DNA of 64,000 nucleotides from Solirubrobacterales bacterium (GCA_019240305.1 JAFAYP010000521.1:818-64817), one strand, 5' to 3'. Shown: positions 30,540 to 40,199, numbered from the stretch's first letter. Translations and numbers: made by a program. The notes: a model not told the origin generated them from the sequence alone.

Positions 30540-31115
30540 TCAGCCGGCCGCGCCGCGATGGCCGGCTACCACGCGGCGCAACTCGCCGTGGTAGTCATCG
30601 ATTCCGGGGACCCTGGCGCCGGGGACCTTGCCCTGATCATCGATCGCTCTCAGCATCAGCGCCAAGCGCCAGTCGCGGTGAGAGCGAAACGCCTGCACCT
30701 CGGTAGGGCTCATCGGGCCTCCCTGGGCCGTCAGTGTCCGCGCCGATACCTCGGTGAGTCTGTCGGCGTAACCGGGGTCGGTGGCCACCAGGTAGCGCTT
30801 GGCTGCGACGTGCTGCTCGGCCAGCCAGGCCACCCGGGCGCCGACGCGCGGCTTCAGCCACCGAGCCGCCGTCGCGCCGTGGTGCTCGTGCGGTCCGTCA
30901 TAGGGAATCCCGGCCACCGCTGGCGCCCGAGCTATGTCGTGCAGCAGCGCGGCCACCACGAATTCGTCATCTCCGTGCAGCCGGGCCAAGGCCGCGCATT
31001 GCAGCGCATGCTCGAGCTGATCGACGGGCTCACCGTCATACGGCAGGCCGACCATCGAGCGGCACGCCGCCACGATGTCCTCAACCGTGCTCTCAACCGC
31101 GCTTGGATCGTCCAT
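30540..31115 (-). CDS. Phosphonate-associated HD-domain oxygenase (PhnZ-like)
   Basis: YDGEPVDQLEHALQCA, AALLHDI, HVAAKRYL, DDQGK. Confidence 0.82.
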   Translation of the reverse strand: MDDPSAVESTVEDIVAACRSMVGLPYDGEPVDQLEHALQCAALARLHGDDEFVVAALLHDIARAPAVAGIPYDGPHEHHGATAARWLKPRVGARVAWLAEQHVAAKRYLVATDPGYADRLTEVSARTLTAQGGPMSPTEVQAFRSHRDWRLALMLRAIDDQGKVPGARVPGIDDYHGELRRVVAGHRGAAG

Positions 31116-31119
31116 CAGG

Positions 31120-32502
31120 TCACCCCCATGGCAACGTGTACAGCCTCGTGTAGGACATCGCGCGCATCGCCTCGCGCACGCCCTCTTTGACTCCCAGGCC
31201 ACTGTCGCCGATGCCGCCGAACGGCGTCAGTTCGGTGCGCCAGCCCGGCACTTCGCGGATGTTGACCGTGCCGGCGCGGAGCTCGCGGATGCAACGGGCG
31301 ATGGCGCGCCAGTCAAAAGTGCAGACCCCGGCCGACAGCGCGTAAGGAGTCCCGTTGGCGACGCGCACCGCCTCGTCGATTCCCCCTACCCGGATGATGG
31401 GGGCCACCGGGCCGAACGTCTCGTGCGCTACCAGGTTGGTAGCGGCGGGGACGTGGTCGAGCACCGCAGGACTGAGGAGTGCTCCAGTGCGTTCACCGCC
31501 GCACAGCAGCTGTGCACCGTCGCTGACCGCCGAGCTGATCCGCGCCTCGATCGCCATCGCGGCGGCCTCATCGATCACGGTTCCCACGTCGATCTCTGGG
31601 TCTAATGGGTCTCCGCAGCGCAGCCTCTCTGCGCCGGCGGCGATCCGCCACGCCAGCTCGTCGGCGATCTCCTCCACGGCGATGATTCGCTTGACCGCCG
31701 TGCAGCGCTGCCCGGAATTGGCGAAGGCGCCCGAGACGGCCAAGCGCGCCGCTTCGTCCAGGTCGGCGTCGGCGAGCACGATGAGCGGATCATTGCCACC
31801 CAGCTCGAGTACCGCTCGACGGTAACCGAGGCGCCGGGCGATCTCCTTGCCGACGCGGACCCCGCCCGTGAACGAGATCACCGCCACCGCCGGATGGGCC
31901 AGGACGGCGGTGAGGATCTCAGTGGGATCGCCGCACACGATCTGGGCCGCCTCCGCGGGCGCCCCAGACTCGGCGAGCAATTCGAACAGGCGGAGCGCCG
32001 TCAGGGGGGTCCGCTCGGACGGCTTGATCAAGATCGGTGCGCCCACTGCGAGCGCGGGCGCCAGCTTGTGGGCGACCTGGTTGAGGGGATGATTGAACGG
32101 CGTGATGCCTGCGACCAGCGTCACCGGGATCCGTAGGGTGTGGGCGCGGCGGTCGCGACCCTGCTCGGAGATGTCACCCGCGAACGTCTCCCCGTCGTCG
32201 CGCAGCGCCTCCATCGCGGCGAACCGGAATACGTCGATCGCGCGGCCCACCTCGTGGAGCGTGTCCTTCAGCGACAGTCCGGACTCAAGTGAGATCAGGT
32301 GGGCGAGTTCGCTGCCCTCGCCCCGGAGTCGCTCCGCGACGGCGAACAGGATCCGGGCGCGCTCGTGCCGCGGCAGGGGCGGGCCGCCGGCCGCCACGGC
32401 GTCCAGGGTGGTTGTGACTTGTGCAGGGTCGCTGACCGGCGCCTCGCCGACCACCTCCTCGGTCCACGGAGAGCGGACCGGTAGCGACGCGGTGGTGCTC
32501 AC
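31120..32502 (-). CDS. phnY: Phosphonoacetaldehyde dehydrogenase
   Basis: ALDH motifs ITPFNHPLNQVAHK, LELGGND, SGQRCTAVKR, ETFGP; adjacent to phnA. Confidence 0.88.
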   Translation of the reverse strand: MSTTASLPVRSPWTEEVVGEAPVSDPAQVTTTLDAVAAGGPPLPRHERARILFAVAERLRGEGSELAHLISLESGLSLKDTLHEVGRAIDVFRFAAMEALRDDGETFAGDISEQGRDRRAHTLRIPVTLVAGITPFNHPLNQVAHKLAPALAVGAPILIKPSERTPLTALRLFELLAESGAPAEAAQIVCGDPTEILTAVLAHPAVAVISFTGGVRVGKEIARRLGYRRAVLELGGNDPLIVLADADLDEAARLAVSGAFANSGQRCTAVKRIIAVEEIADELAWRIAAGAERLRCGDPLDPEIDVGTVIDEAAAMAIEARISSAVSDGAQLLCGGERTGALLSPAVLDHVPAATNLVAHETFGPVAPIIRVGGIDEAVRVANGTPYALSAGVCTFDWRAIARCIRELRAGTVNIREVPGWRTELTPFGGIGDSGLGVKEGVREAMRAMSYTRLYTLPWG

Positions 32503-32506
32503 GGTG

Positions 32507-33736
32507 TCAGAGAGCTCCGGACCGTTGCGAGAGTCGGTTCAGCAGCAAATCGTGCAGGTCCCGGTTGTGCAGCTCGCAGTCGGCGGCACCCTCCGCCAAC
32601 GGCGAGCACACGATTAGGGGCACCGTGCGCTCGTGCAGCCCTCCATGGGAGCGCAGCGCGCCGTGGAGCGCGCTGAGATCATGGGTCTCACGGGAGCGGC
32701 CCAGCACCGTGCCGGCGTCGGCGAGCACGATCAGATCGCCGATGCGGTCGACCGGCAGGTCGAAGCTTGCGGCGGCGGCGTCGCGGTCCAGCACCCCCTC
32801 CACCCCGGACAGCGCGGCAAGGGCGCCGCGAGCCCGGTCGCGCTCGGAGCTGTCGGCGAGGTGCACCCAGGCCAGCGAACCAAGCGCGGCATGATGGGCT
32901 ACGTACGGATCCGTGATCGGGCACAGCGTCCGTGCGCCCTGGACGCCCGCCGCGAGCAGCGCCTCGTCCAGATACCGGACGTTGGGGCTGCCGTCACCGT
33001 TGGATTTTGGACGCATCCCGTGGTCGGCGACCAGCCCGACCACAAACCCGGCGTCGAGCGCACGGCCAAGGCACGCATCGACGGCACAGTAGAAGGCATC
33101 GGCCAGCGGGTCTCCCGGAGGCGCCGAGTGCTGCACGAAGTCCGTCAGCGACGCGTAGACGAGGCGTGCGTGCAAGCGCTCGGCGAGCGCCAGCGCGAGG
33201 TCGATCGTGTACGGCGAGAGCTCCCAGTCATAGATGCTGGGGTTGGGCCTGCCCGCGACCTCGGTGATCGGCGTGCCGTCAGGAAGGCTCTGCTCGTGGG
33301 CCAGTTCCGCGCTGAATGCCGGGACGCTGCCCGCGGCCAGCAGGCGGCGCAGCTTGTCCTTGGCGGTGACGCACAGCACGGGCACACCCGCCGCCGCAGC
33401 GGCGGCGTGAATCGTGGTGGCCCGCAGAAACCCGGGATCGGTCACTTGGACCTCGTCGCCCTCGGCGTCCAGATAATGGTTGCCCGCGATCCCGTTTCGG
33501 GCGGCGCTCACCCCGGTCACGATCGCCACGTTGTTGGGATTGGTGAAGGTAGGTACCTGAGCCTTAGCGAGCGCGTAGGTGCCACCGCCCGCCAGCGCCC
33601 GGCTGAGCTGGGGCATCAGCCCGCGCGCCAGCGCGTCGTTGACGTACGCGGGGTCCCACCCGTCCGCACAGATCGCCAGCGTGGGGCGGTCGGGGGCCCG
33701 GTAGCGGCGCCCGTTGGCCTGGAACGAGCGTTCCAT
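32507..33736 (-). CDS. phnA: Phosphonoacetate hydrolase
   Basis: ICADG, PTFTNPNNVAIVTG, TDFVQH, ADHGM, DPYVAHH, LRSHGG. Confidence 0.9.
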   Translation of the reverse strand: MERSFQANGRRYRAPDRPTLAICADGWDPAYVNDALARGLMPQLSRALAGGGTYALAKAQVPTFTNPNNVAIVTGVSAARNGIAGNHYLDAEGDEVQVTDPGFLRATTIHAAAAAAGVPVLCVTAKDKLRRLLAAGSVPAFSAELAHEQSLPDGTPITEVAGRPNPSIYDWELSPYTIDLALALAERLHARLVYASLTDFVQHSAPPGDPLADAFYCAVDACLGRALDAGFVVGLVADHGMRPKSNGDGSPNVRYLDEALLAAGVQGARTLCPITDPYVAHHAALGSLAWVHLADSSERDRARGALAALSGVEGVLDRDAAAASFDLPVDRIGDLIVLADAGTVLGRSRETHDLSALHGALRSHGGLHERTVPLIVCSPLAEGAADCELHNRDLHDLLLNRLSQRSGAL

Positions 33737-33737
33737 C

Positions 33738-33753
33738 GCTTGACTATACAAGC
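33738..33753. promoter_or_regulatory. GntR/HutC-type operator (copy at the phnA start)
   Basis: gcttgactatacaagc, a variant of ACTTGT-N4-ACAAGT. Confidence 0.6.
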
Positions 33754-33822
33754 GCCGAGCGCCCGCACTCCGGCGGCCTATCAGGCGGCCACAAAATGGT
33801 CACGAATGCGCGCCCCATGTAC

Positions 33823-33838
33823 ACTTGTATTGACAAGT
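33823..33838. promoter_or_regulatory. GntR/HutC-type operator (copy at the FAD oxidoreductase start)
   Basis: ACTTGT-attg-ACAAGT palindrome. Confidence 0.75.
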
Positions 33839-34996
33839 ATGACACCGGTGCGGGCGATCGAAGCGGACGTGTGCATCGTGGGCGCCGGTATCGTCGGGCT
33901 CGCCTACGCCTTTGAAGCCCGCGCCCGGAGGCTGAGCGTCGCTGTCCTGGAGCGCAGCGGTGAGGCCGTTGGGGCGAGCGTGCGTAACTTCGGCCACGTA
34001 ATCGTCTCGGCCATGGCCGATGGGACGCCGCTGGAGTGCGCGCTGGCGGCTCGCGAGCGGTGGCTCGAGCTCGGCCGACGCGCCGGGTTGGAGGTGGTCG
34101 AAGCAGGCACGGTGATAACGGCGCGGGCCGACGACGAGCTGGCCGTGATGGCGGAGATCGCTGAGGACACGGCGCGGGGCGGGCGCCTCATCACGCCGCG
34201 CGAGGTTGATCGGCTCGCCCCGATCCCAACCGCAGGTCTGGTCGGGGGACTACACGCCCGCCTTGACCTGCGCGTCGATCCGCGCCGTGCGGTGGCCGCG
34301 CTGGCTGCGCTTCTGAGCCGGGATCCGGGGGCTCACGTTCTCTTCAATGCACCGGTGCAAGCGGTGTACACCGGCGCCGTCGAGTCCTCGGTTGGACAGG
34401 TCCGCGCCTCGCTGGTAATTGTGTGCCCCGGGCCCGATCACGACTGGCTTGAGCCAGAGATCACCCCCAGACGGACGGGGATGACGCGATGCAAGCTGCA
34501 GATGCTCCGCGTCCGCGCGCCGGCTGGCCGGCGCTACCTGCCGGCTCTGCTCACCGCCCTCAGCCTGCCGCGCTACCCGGGCTACAGCGAGCGGGCGGGA
34601 TCCAAGCAGCTGGGAGACCGGCTCGCCGCCGAGCGTCCAGAGCTCAGCGAGGCTGGGGTCCACCTGATCATCACCCAACTACCCGACGGCGATCTGCTGC
34701 TCGGCGATAGCCACCAGTACGGCGACACGGTTTCCCCCTTCGGAGAAGAGCGCCTGGACGAGCTGGTGCTGACCGAAGCGGCTGGGCTCCTGGGCGCAAA
34801 CAAGCTGTCCGTCAGACAGCGGTGGCATGGCGTCTACCCGTCCGCGCCAGGGCATCCGTTTCTGATCGCCCGTCCTTTACCTGGCGTCGCCGTGGTCGAG
34901 ATCGTCTCCGGGATCGGAATGACCACCGCTCTCGGGCTCGCGCCTGCCACCTTCGACGCGCTGTTGGGGTCCTCGCCCGCGGTTGCGGTGAGCTGA
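33839..34996 (+). CDS. FAD-dependent oxidoreductase, phosphonate-associated (TIGR03364-like, DAO family)
   Basis: IVGAGIVGLA, GASVRNFG, CKLQML, GDSHQYG, SGIGMT; real start ATG 33839, not 32633. Confidence 0.85.
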   Translation: MTPVRAIEADVCIVGAGIVGLAYAFEARARRLSVAVLERSGEAVGASVRNFGHVIVSAMADGTPLECALAARERWLELGRRAGLEVVEAGTVITARADDELAVMAEIAEDTARGGRLITPREVDRLAPIPTAGLVGGLHARLDLRVDPRRAVAALAALLSRDPGAHVLFNAPVQAVYTGAVESSVGQVRASLVIVCPGPDHDWLEPEITPRRTGMTRCKLQMLRVRAPAGRRYLPALLTALSLPRYPGYSERAGSKQLGDRLAAERPELSEAGVHLIITQLPDGDLLLGDSHQYGDTVSPFGEERLDELVLTEAAGLLGANKLSVRQRWHGVYPSAPGHPFLIARPLPGVAVVEIVSGIGMTTALGLAPATFDALLGSSPAVAVS

Positions 34997-35000
34997 CGAT

Positions 35001-35810
35001 TCAGTGATCGTTGCGGGCGGCGCGCAGTGCCACGCCCGCTCCGGGCAAGGCGTGCTGGTTGTGGAGGGTGATCTCGAATGCGTCGGCGCGGTAGCGGTCC
35101 CGCGACCACTCCAGCGGAGTACCGTCCGGTGCCGCGGCGCGGCGGCGGACCTCCAACAGCGGCGAGCGTCGCGCCACCTCGAGCAGCGCGGCGTCCTCCG
35201 CGCCGGCGGCGATGGCACAGATCGTCTGCTGGGCCTCTGCGAACTCGACGCCACGCTGCCCGAGCTGCTCATAGACCGATCCGCCGTCCAGGTCGCAGTC
35301 GAGCAGCAGACGCCCAACGGACTCCACGAACGTGGCGCGCTCGACCAGCACCGGTGCTCCATCCAGCAGCCGTAGCCGCGTGTAGAAGAAGATCGGCGCT
35401 CCGGGCTCGATCGCCAGCTGTTCGGCAGCCTCGGGGTCACACCGCCGCCGCGTCAGCTCGAACGTCCGGGCCGATGGGTTGCGGCCGATCTGGCGCGCCC
35501 ACAGCGAGAAGGAGACGAGCTGGTCAAAGCTCTGCGCCAGTCCCGCGCGGCGAATCACCGGAACTCGGCCTCGCCCGCCGGCGATCAGACCCTCGGCGCG
35601 CAGCGCCGCCAGCGCCTGGCGCACCGTTCCGCGGGAGACGGCGAAGCGATCGGTCAGCTGAGACTCCGAGGGCAGCGGGGAGCCAGGCGTCAGCTCGCCG
35701 CTACGAATCTGCTCGCGCAACGCCTGGGCGATCGCCGCGTGTCGTGAGAGATGGACGGCCTTCGAGGGCATTGGTGTCCAGTCTGCCATCAGGTGCGGCG
35801 CTCGCACCAA
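35001..35810 (-). CDS. GntR/HutC (UTRA) regulator, PhnF/PhnR-like
   Basis: LPSESQL...FAVSRGTVRQAL plus a UTRA domain. Confidence 0.9.
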   Translation of the reverse strand: MVRAPHLMADWTPMPSKAVHLSRHAAIAQALREQIRSGELTPGSPLPSESQLTDRFAVSRGTVRQALAALRAEGLIAGGRGRVPVIRRAGLAQSFDQLVSFSLWARQIGRNPSARTFELTRRRCDPEAAEQLAIEPGAPIFFYTRLRLLDGAPVLVERATFVESVGRLLLDCDLDGGSVYEQLGQRGVEFAEAQQTICAIAAGAEDAALLEVARRSPLLEVRRRAAAPDGTPLEWSRDRYRADAFEITLHNQHALPGAGVALRAARNDH

Positions 35811-35815
35811 CGCCC

Positions 35816-36661
35816 TCAGCCCAAGCGGGTGCGCAACTCGGTGGAGATACGCTCGACAGCGAGGACAACGATTACGAGCACGATCATGTACGTCGTCACA
35901 GCCTTGAACTGGAATACGCTGAGCTGGTTGTCGATCAGGAAGCCGATGCCACCGCCCCCCACCGCACCGAGGGTAACGGCCGAGCGAAAGTTAGCATCGA
36001 GGCGGTACAGGGTGAGCGCGGTCAGCGTATTGCGCACGCCCGGAAGCACGGCGTGCAGGAACACCTGCAGGCGGCTGGCGCCGGCAACTCGCAGGGCATC
36101 AACGGCGCTCGTGTCCATCTCCTCCACCGCTTCGGCGAACAGCTTGCCCTTGACGCCGATGCCGTGAACGGTGAGCGCGAGCACCGCGGCAAACGGCGAG
36201 AAGCCGAGCACGACGTTGAACAACAGGAGCATGATCAGCTCCGGGATGGCGCGCAGGATCGCCTGGATGAGGCGGGCCAACTCGTAGAGCGGGCGTGAGG
36301 GCGTGATGTTGCGCGCCGCCAGCGGGAGCATCGCCAATGAGCCGACGATCCCGAAAGCTATGCTGAGGATGGCAATCGCGAGCGTCGTGGCCGCGGCGCG
36401 AAACCCGTCCCAGAACTGGCTCACCTCGGGCGGGAGGGACTCGGGCAGGACGTTACGGAGCAGGCCCTTGCTGCCGAAGAACCCGTTGACGAACTCTGAC
36501 ACCGAGGCGTTGGTGTCGATCCACGAGTAGACCAGCAGGCCAGCGATCAGGAGGCCCAGCCCCAGGTTGACCAGCCGACGGCGGCCAGCGGACGGCTTGG
36601 CGGGAAGGGCCGGGGCCACCGGGGCTTGCCCGGGGGCGGCGGCGGCAAACGGCGTCTCCAC
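35816..36661 (-). CDS. phnE: Phosphonate ABC transporter permease
   Basis: RAIPEL, GKLFAEAVE, LGAVGGGGIG. Confidence 0.9.
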   Translation of the reverse strand: METPFAAAAPGQAPVAPALPAKPSAGRRRLVNLGLGLLIAGLLVYSWIDTNASVSEFVNGFFGSKGLLRNVLPESLPPEVSQFWDGFRAAATTLAIAILSIAFGIVGSLAMLPLAARNITPSRPLYELARLIQAILRAIPELIMLLLFNVVLGFSPFAAVLALTVHGIGVKGKLFAEAVEEMDTSAVDALRVAGASRLQVFLHAVLPGVRNTLTALTLYRLDANFRSAVTLGAVGGGGIGFLIDNQLSVFQFKAVTTYMIVLVIVVLAVERISTELRTRLG

Positions 36662-37476
36662 TACGTCTCTCGCAGGTGCTGATAGAGGGCGTCGACCTCC
36701 TGCGGGGTGACTTCGGGCGACGGCTTGTCGAACACCACCTCACCGACCCTCATGCCGACGATTCGATCGGCGTGTCGCAGCGCCAGATCAGGCTGATGCA
36801 GGACGGTCAGGACGCCCAGCCCATCGTTGTGAGCAAGATCGCCCAGCAGTGTCATGACCTCTTCGGCGGCCCGGGGATCGAGGGCTGAGACCGGCTCGTC
36901 GGCCAGGATCACCGAGGCCTGCTGACAGTAGGCGCGGGCGATGGCCACTCGCTGAGCCTGACCGCCCGACAGCGTCTGCGCGGGCTGCCACGCCCTGTCG
37001 AGCATCCCGACGCGCTGGAGGGCGATCGTCGCCCGCTGCACGACCTCGTGCGGAAAGGCGGCCGGCGTCAGCGAGCGACGCAGCGGAATCCGCCCCAGCG
37101 CTCCGCAGCACACGTTGTCGAGGGCGCTGCGACGCTTGACCAGCGCGATCTGCTGGAAGACGACCGCCGCCTCGCGGCGCGCGAGCCGCAACTCCTTGCC
37201 CTTAAGGAGTGCCAGGTCGCGGCCGCCCAACCGGGAGCTGCCAGCGTCCGGGTCCAGGAGCCTGATTGCGCAGCGCAGCAGCGTGGATTTGCCGCAGCCG
37301 TTGGCGCCGAGCACGGCTAGGAGCTCCCCTCGGTCGAGCTTGAGCCCGACGCCCTTCAGAACCTGGTTTGCCCCAAACCGCTTGTGGATGCCGTCGATCA
37401 CGAGGGGAGCGTCCAGGGCGGACGCCCTGGACGGCTCAGGTGAGGACCTCGAACCCAGTGCCGGCTGCAGCGGCAT
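36661..37476 (-). CDS. phnC: Phosphonate ABC transporter ATPase
   Basis: GANGCGKST, LSGGQAQRVAIAR, ADEPVSALDP, LHQ. Confidence 0.9.
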   Translation of the reverse strand: MPLQPALGSRSSPEPSRASALDAPLVIDGIHKRFGANQVLKGVGLKLDRGELLAVLGANGCGKSTLLRCAIRLLDPDAGSSRLGGRDLALLKGKELRLARREAAVVFQQIALVKRRSALDNVCCGALGRIPLRRSLTPAAFPHEVVQRATIALQRVGMLDRAWQPAQTLSGGQAQRVAIARAYCQQASVILADEPVSALDPRAAEEVMTLLGDLAHNDGLGVLTVLHQPDLALRHADRIVGMRVGEVVFDKPSPEVTPQEVDALYQHLRET

Positions 37477-37477
37477 C

Positions 37478-38446
37478 TCACCCCAGGTCGGAGGTGGTGA
37501 GATGAACCGAGCTCGCTACCGCGCGAACCGGGCTGTAGGTGCCATCGCTGACCGCGACCATCGGGCCATTGCTGGCCGTGCCAAGCTCGGTGTCGACAGT
37601 CGAGGTCTGCGCCGCGGTCAGGCCGAGCAGGGCCGCCCGTAGCTTCTGCTGGAAGGCGACCGGCAGGCTCCCGTACACGGTAACCGGGTCGTTGATGATC
37701 GGCGTCGACTTCCAGATTTGCCGGTAGTCGGCGGCGTTGAACTCGTGTGCGGCGGTCGCCGAGGCCTGCTGCTGGCTGTTGACCTCAGCCGCGTCCACGG
37801 TGCCGTGGGTGAGCGCCAGCAGCGACTGTGGATGGCCACCGGAGAACACGACCTTCAGACCCTGGCAGCTGGTCACGGTGCACTTGAAGCCAGCGTCGAT
37901 CAGGGCCGAGATTGGATAAAGGCCGCCCGACGTGGAGGTCGTGCTAGACAGCGCCACCGTCTTGCCGTTCAGCTGCTTGAGGCTGGTTATGGGGGAGCTT
38001 TTCTTGACCCAGATACCGGCGGTGTAGGTGTCGGGCTTGCCGTTTGTGTCGCCGAACGCGGCCGCCGGCTGGGCGTTAGCGAGCTTATGCGCCAGGACGT
38101 AGCCGAGGGGACCGAACTCGCCCATCTCAAGGTTGCCGCCTCGCATGGCCTCGATCTCCGCGACGTAGCTGTTGGAGATGATGAGCTGGACCTTGCAGCC
38201 GAGCTTCTGGCCAATGTCGGTAGCCAGCGATGCATAGGCCTTTTCCAAAGCCGGCCCGGTGTCGTAGGGCTCGACCGCGAACCGGACCGGGTTATGGGGA
38301 CAGCTGCCGGAATTCGCAGCGACCGGCGTCGCCGAAGCTGACGAGTGCGTCGCGGCGGCAGAGCCACTGCTGGAGCTGGACGAGCTCGAGCCGCAAGCGG
38401 AAAGAACCAGCCCGGCCAGCAGCAGCGAGACGGCGGCTTTCTTCAT
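37478..38446 (-). CDS. phnD: Phosphonate ABC transporter substrate-binding lipoprotein
   Basis: Lipobox LSAC, GPLGYV, STSGGLYP, FSGGH. Confidence 0.88.
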   Translation of the reverse strand: MKKAAVSLLLAGLVLSACGSSSSSSSSGSAAATHSSASATPVAANSGSCPHNPVRFAVEPYDTGPALEKAYASLATDIGQKLGCKVQLIISNSYVAEIEAMRGGNLEMGEFGPLGYVLAHKLANAQPAAAFGDTNGKPDTYTAGIWVKKSSPITSLKQLNGKTVALSSTTSTSGGLYPISALIDAGFKCTVTSCQGLKVVFSGGHPQSLLALTHGTVDAAEVNSQQQASATAAHEFNAADYRQIWKSTPIINDPVTVYGSLPVAFQQKLRAALLGLTAAQTSTVDTELGTASNGPMVAVSDGTYSPVRAVASSVHLTTSDLG

Positions 38447-38500
38447 CGTGTCTCCCGTCGAGTTGCTTTCGGTAGCGAGAGAGGATCCAACCTGTTCGCA

Positions 38501-38516
38501 ACTTGTCAAGACAAGT
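38501..38516. promoter_or_regulatory. GntR/HutC-type operator (copy upstream of phnD)
   Basis: ACTTGT-caag-ACAAGT palindrome. Confidence 0.75.
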
Positions 38517-38625
38517 CACACCAAGGACACATGTAGCTCCCTGTTGGGGAAAGCCATGAGAGCCCGTGACGATCCTGCTTGCGCCCCAGGGAATCCCGAT
38601 CATCGTTGACAATTTCGGCTGCGAC

Positions 38626-38657
38626 CCAACAGCCCTCCGGCATGGGAGGGCTGTTGG
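38626..38657. terminator. Strong hairpin separating the hydrolase operon from the phn cluster
   Basis: ccaacagccctcc-N6-ggagggctgttgg, perfect 13-bp stem. Confidence 0.65.
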
Positions 38658-38727
38658 TTGACCTGGCAGGTGTTCGCGGACGCGGTGGCGAGCGTTCATC
38701 TCGCAGATACCGCCGCTGCGAGCGCGC

Positions 38728-39558
38728 TTATCCGTTAGCTACTGGGGTCGCCAGGAACTCGCGCACGGCGGGCGCGAGCACCGCCGCGGCGACCGCGTGG
38801 GTCTGGCCCTCGAGGCTCCGGCGCTGGGCGTTCGAGAGCAGGCGGGCGAGCTCGTCGGCGCCTGTGTGCACCCACGTATCACTCGCGCTGCCGTCGATCA
38901 CGAGCGTCGGTGTGCTTACGCGGCTCCAGCGGTCGCCCGCGAGTGGCTTGCCGTCCTGGGTGCCGGCCATGATCAAGCCGTCGTAGATGAGGGTGTGGGC
39001 CACGGCTTCGAATCCGGGAGCCATCGGCGACTGGAGGATTCCGCCGACCATCTCGGCGGGTAGCCCGATGACCGTCGTCATGAACAGCTCGACCATCTCG
39101 CGGCGCTGATTGGCGGCGAGCAGTTGCGTCAGGCGCTCGAGGTAGTCGGCGGGGACGGGCGGCCGGCTGTCGTCGACGATGACGGGCGCCTCGTACAGGG
39201 CGATCTTCTCGATTCGGGTCCCCGCCGCGGCGGCGTCGAGCGCCAGGAGGGCGCCGGACGAGTTGCCGAGCACGGCGGCCGAGCCACCGGCCCCGTCGAT
39301 GACCGCGCTGAGATCCTCGATCTCTCGCTCGATCGCGTAGGGAGGCGTGTCGCTGCTGTCGCCGCGGCCCCGCCGGTCGTAGTGAAACACGCTGAAGTCG
39401 CTCGCGAGGAGCTTGGCCAGCTCGACGGTAGGGGGATCGGAGGCGCGGTATTGGAAGGCGCCGCCGACGAGGACCAGAGCGGGACCATCGCCGTAGCGAT
39501 CGAAGGTGATCGCGGTGCCGTCGGCAGAGGAGACCGCGGTGGTGGTTGGGTCTTGCAT
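38728..39558 (-). CDS. Alpha/beta hydrolase
   Basis: YDRRGRGDS, GNSSG nucleophile elbow, C-terminal His. Confidence 0.88.
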   Translation of the reverse strand: MQDPTTTAVSSADGTAITFDRYGDGPALVLVGGAFQYRASDPPTVELAKLLASDFSVFHYDRRGRGDSSDTPPYAIEREIEDLSAVIDGAGGSAAVLGNSSGALLALDAAAAGTRIEKIALYEAPVIVDDSRPPVPADYLERLTQLLAANQRREMVELFMTTVIGLPAEMVGGILQSPMAPGFEAVAHTLIYDGLIMAGTQDGKPLAGDRWSRVSTPTLVIDGSASDTWVHTGADELARLLSNAQRRSLEGQTHAVAAAVLAPAVREFLATPVANG

Positions 39559-39584
39559 GGGATTGCCTTTCGTCGTGTGGTGGT

Positions 39585-40115
39585 TCAGGAGTTGAGGGAG
39601 TAGGCCAGCTCGACCGACCCGTCCGGGAACTGGCGGTGTGAGTCGAGTCCGAGGCGGACCAGCTCTGAGCCTCGCCTGGTGAGTGGCAGCCCAGCGCCGA
39701 GCAGGAGCGGCAGGAGGATGACCTCGAGGCGCTCGAGCGCTCCGATCTCGCGGAAGGCCTCGATCGTCTGCGGGCCGCCGACGAGGTGAACATCGCCGTC
39801 GCTGCCGCGTGCCCGCATCAACGCCAGCAGCCCGCTGGCGGTGGGCGCACTGGTCACTCCGGTTGGCGCATCGGCCGGCACCGGGCGGGTGCTCAGCAGG
39901 AAGACCTGCAGTCCTCGCCACGGCCACTCGGGCGCGCCGAGCGCGGGCTCGAACGTGTGCCGTCCCATGACGACCGCATCGCAGCCCGCGATGAACTCGG
40001 GGTGACCATGCGACTGGCCCGGGATGAAGTCGCGCATCGATAGCACCGCGGGCCGTCCGTCTGACCCAGCCACGAACCCGTCGAGGCTGACTCCGATATG
40101 CGTGCGGATCTGCAC
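39585..40115 (-). CDS. DHFR/RibD C-terminal-domain protein
   Basis: VSLDGFVA, VMGRHTF, VGGPQT. Confidence 0.88.
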   Translation of the reverse strand: MQIRTHIGVSLDGFVAGSDGRPAVLSMRDFIPGQSHGHPEFIAGCDAVVMGRHTFEPALGAPEWPWRGLQVFLLSTRPVPADAPTGVTSAPTASGLLALMRARGSDGDVHLVGGPQTIEAFREIGALERLEVILLPLLLGAGLPLTRRGSELVRLGLDSHRQFPDGSVELAYSLNS

Positions 40116-40169
40116 TCTGTGCTCCTCTCTCGTGCGGCCTGACCGGTTGTGGTCGGGGTGTTGCCTGAG

Positions 40170-40199
40170 AGTCGGAGCCGGGCGTCCGTCCTCTACATC
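40170..40199 (-). promoter_or_regulatory. ECF-type promoter motif, copy 1
   Basis: GATGTAGAG-N12-GCTCCGACT upstream of the RibD-like gene. Confidence 0.6.

Noticed and set aside
32633-33838. 787-aa ORF start at 32633
   Set aside because: The first 400 aa are antisense to phnA; the FAD-binding motif begins just after ATG 33839
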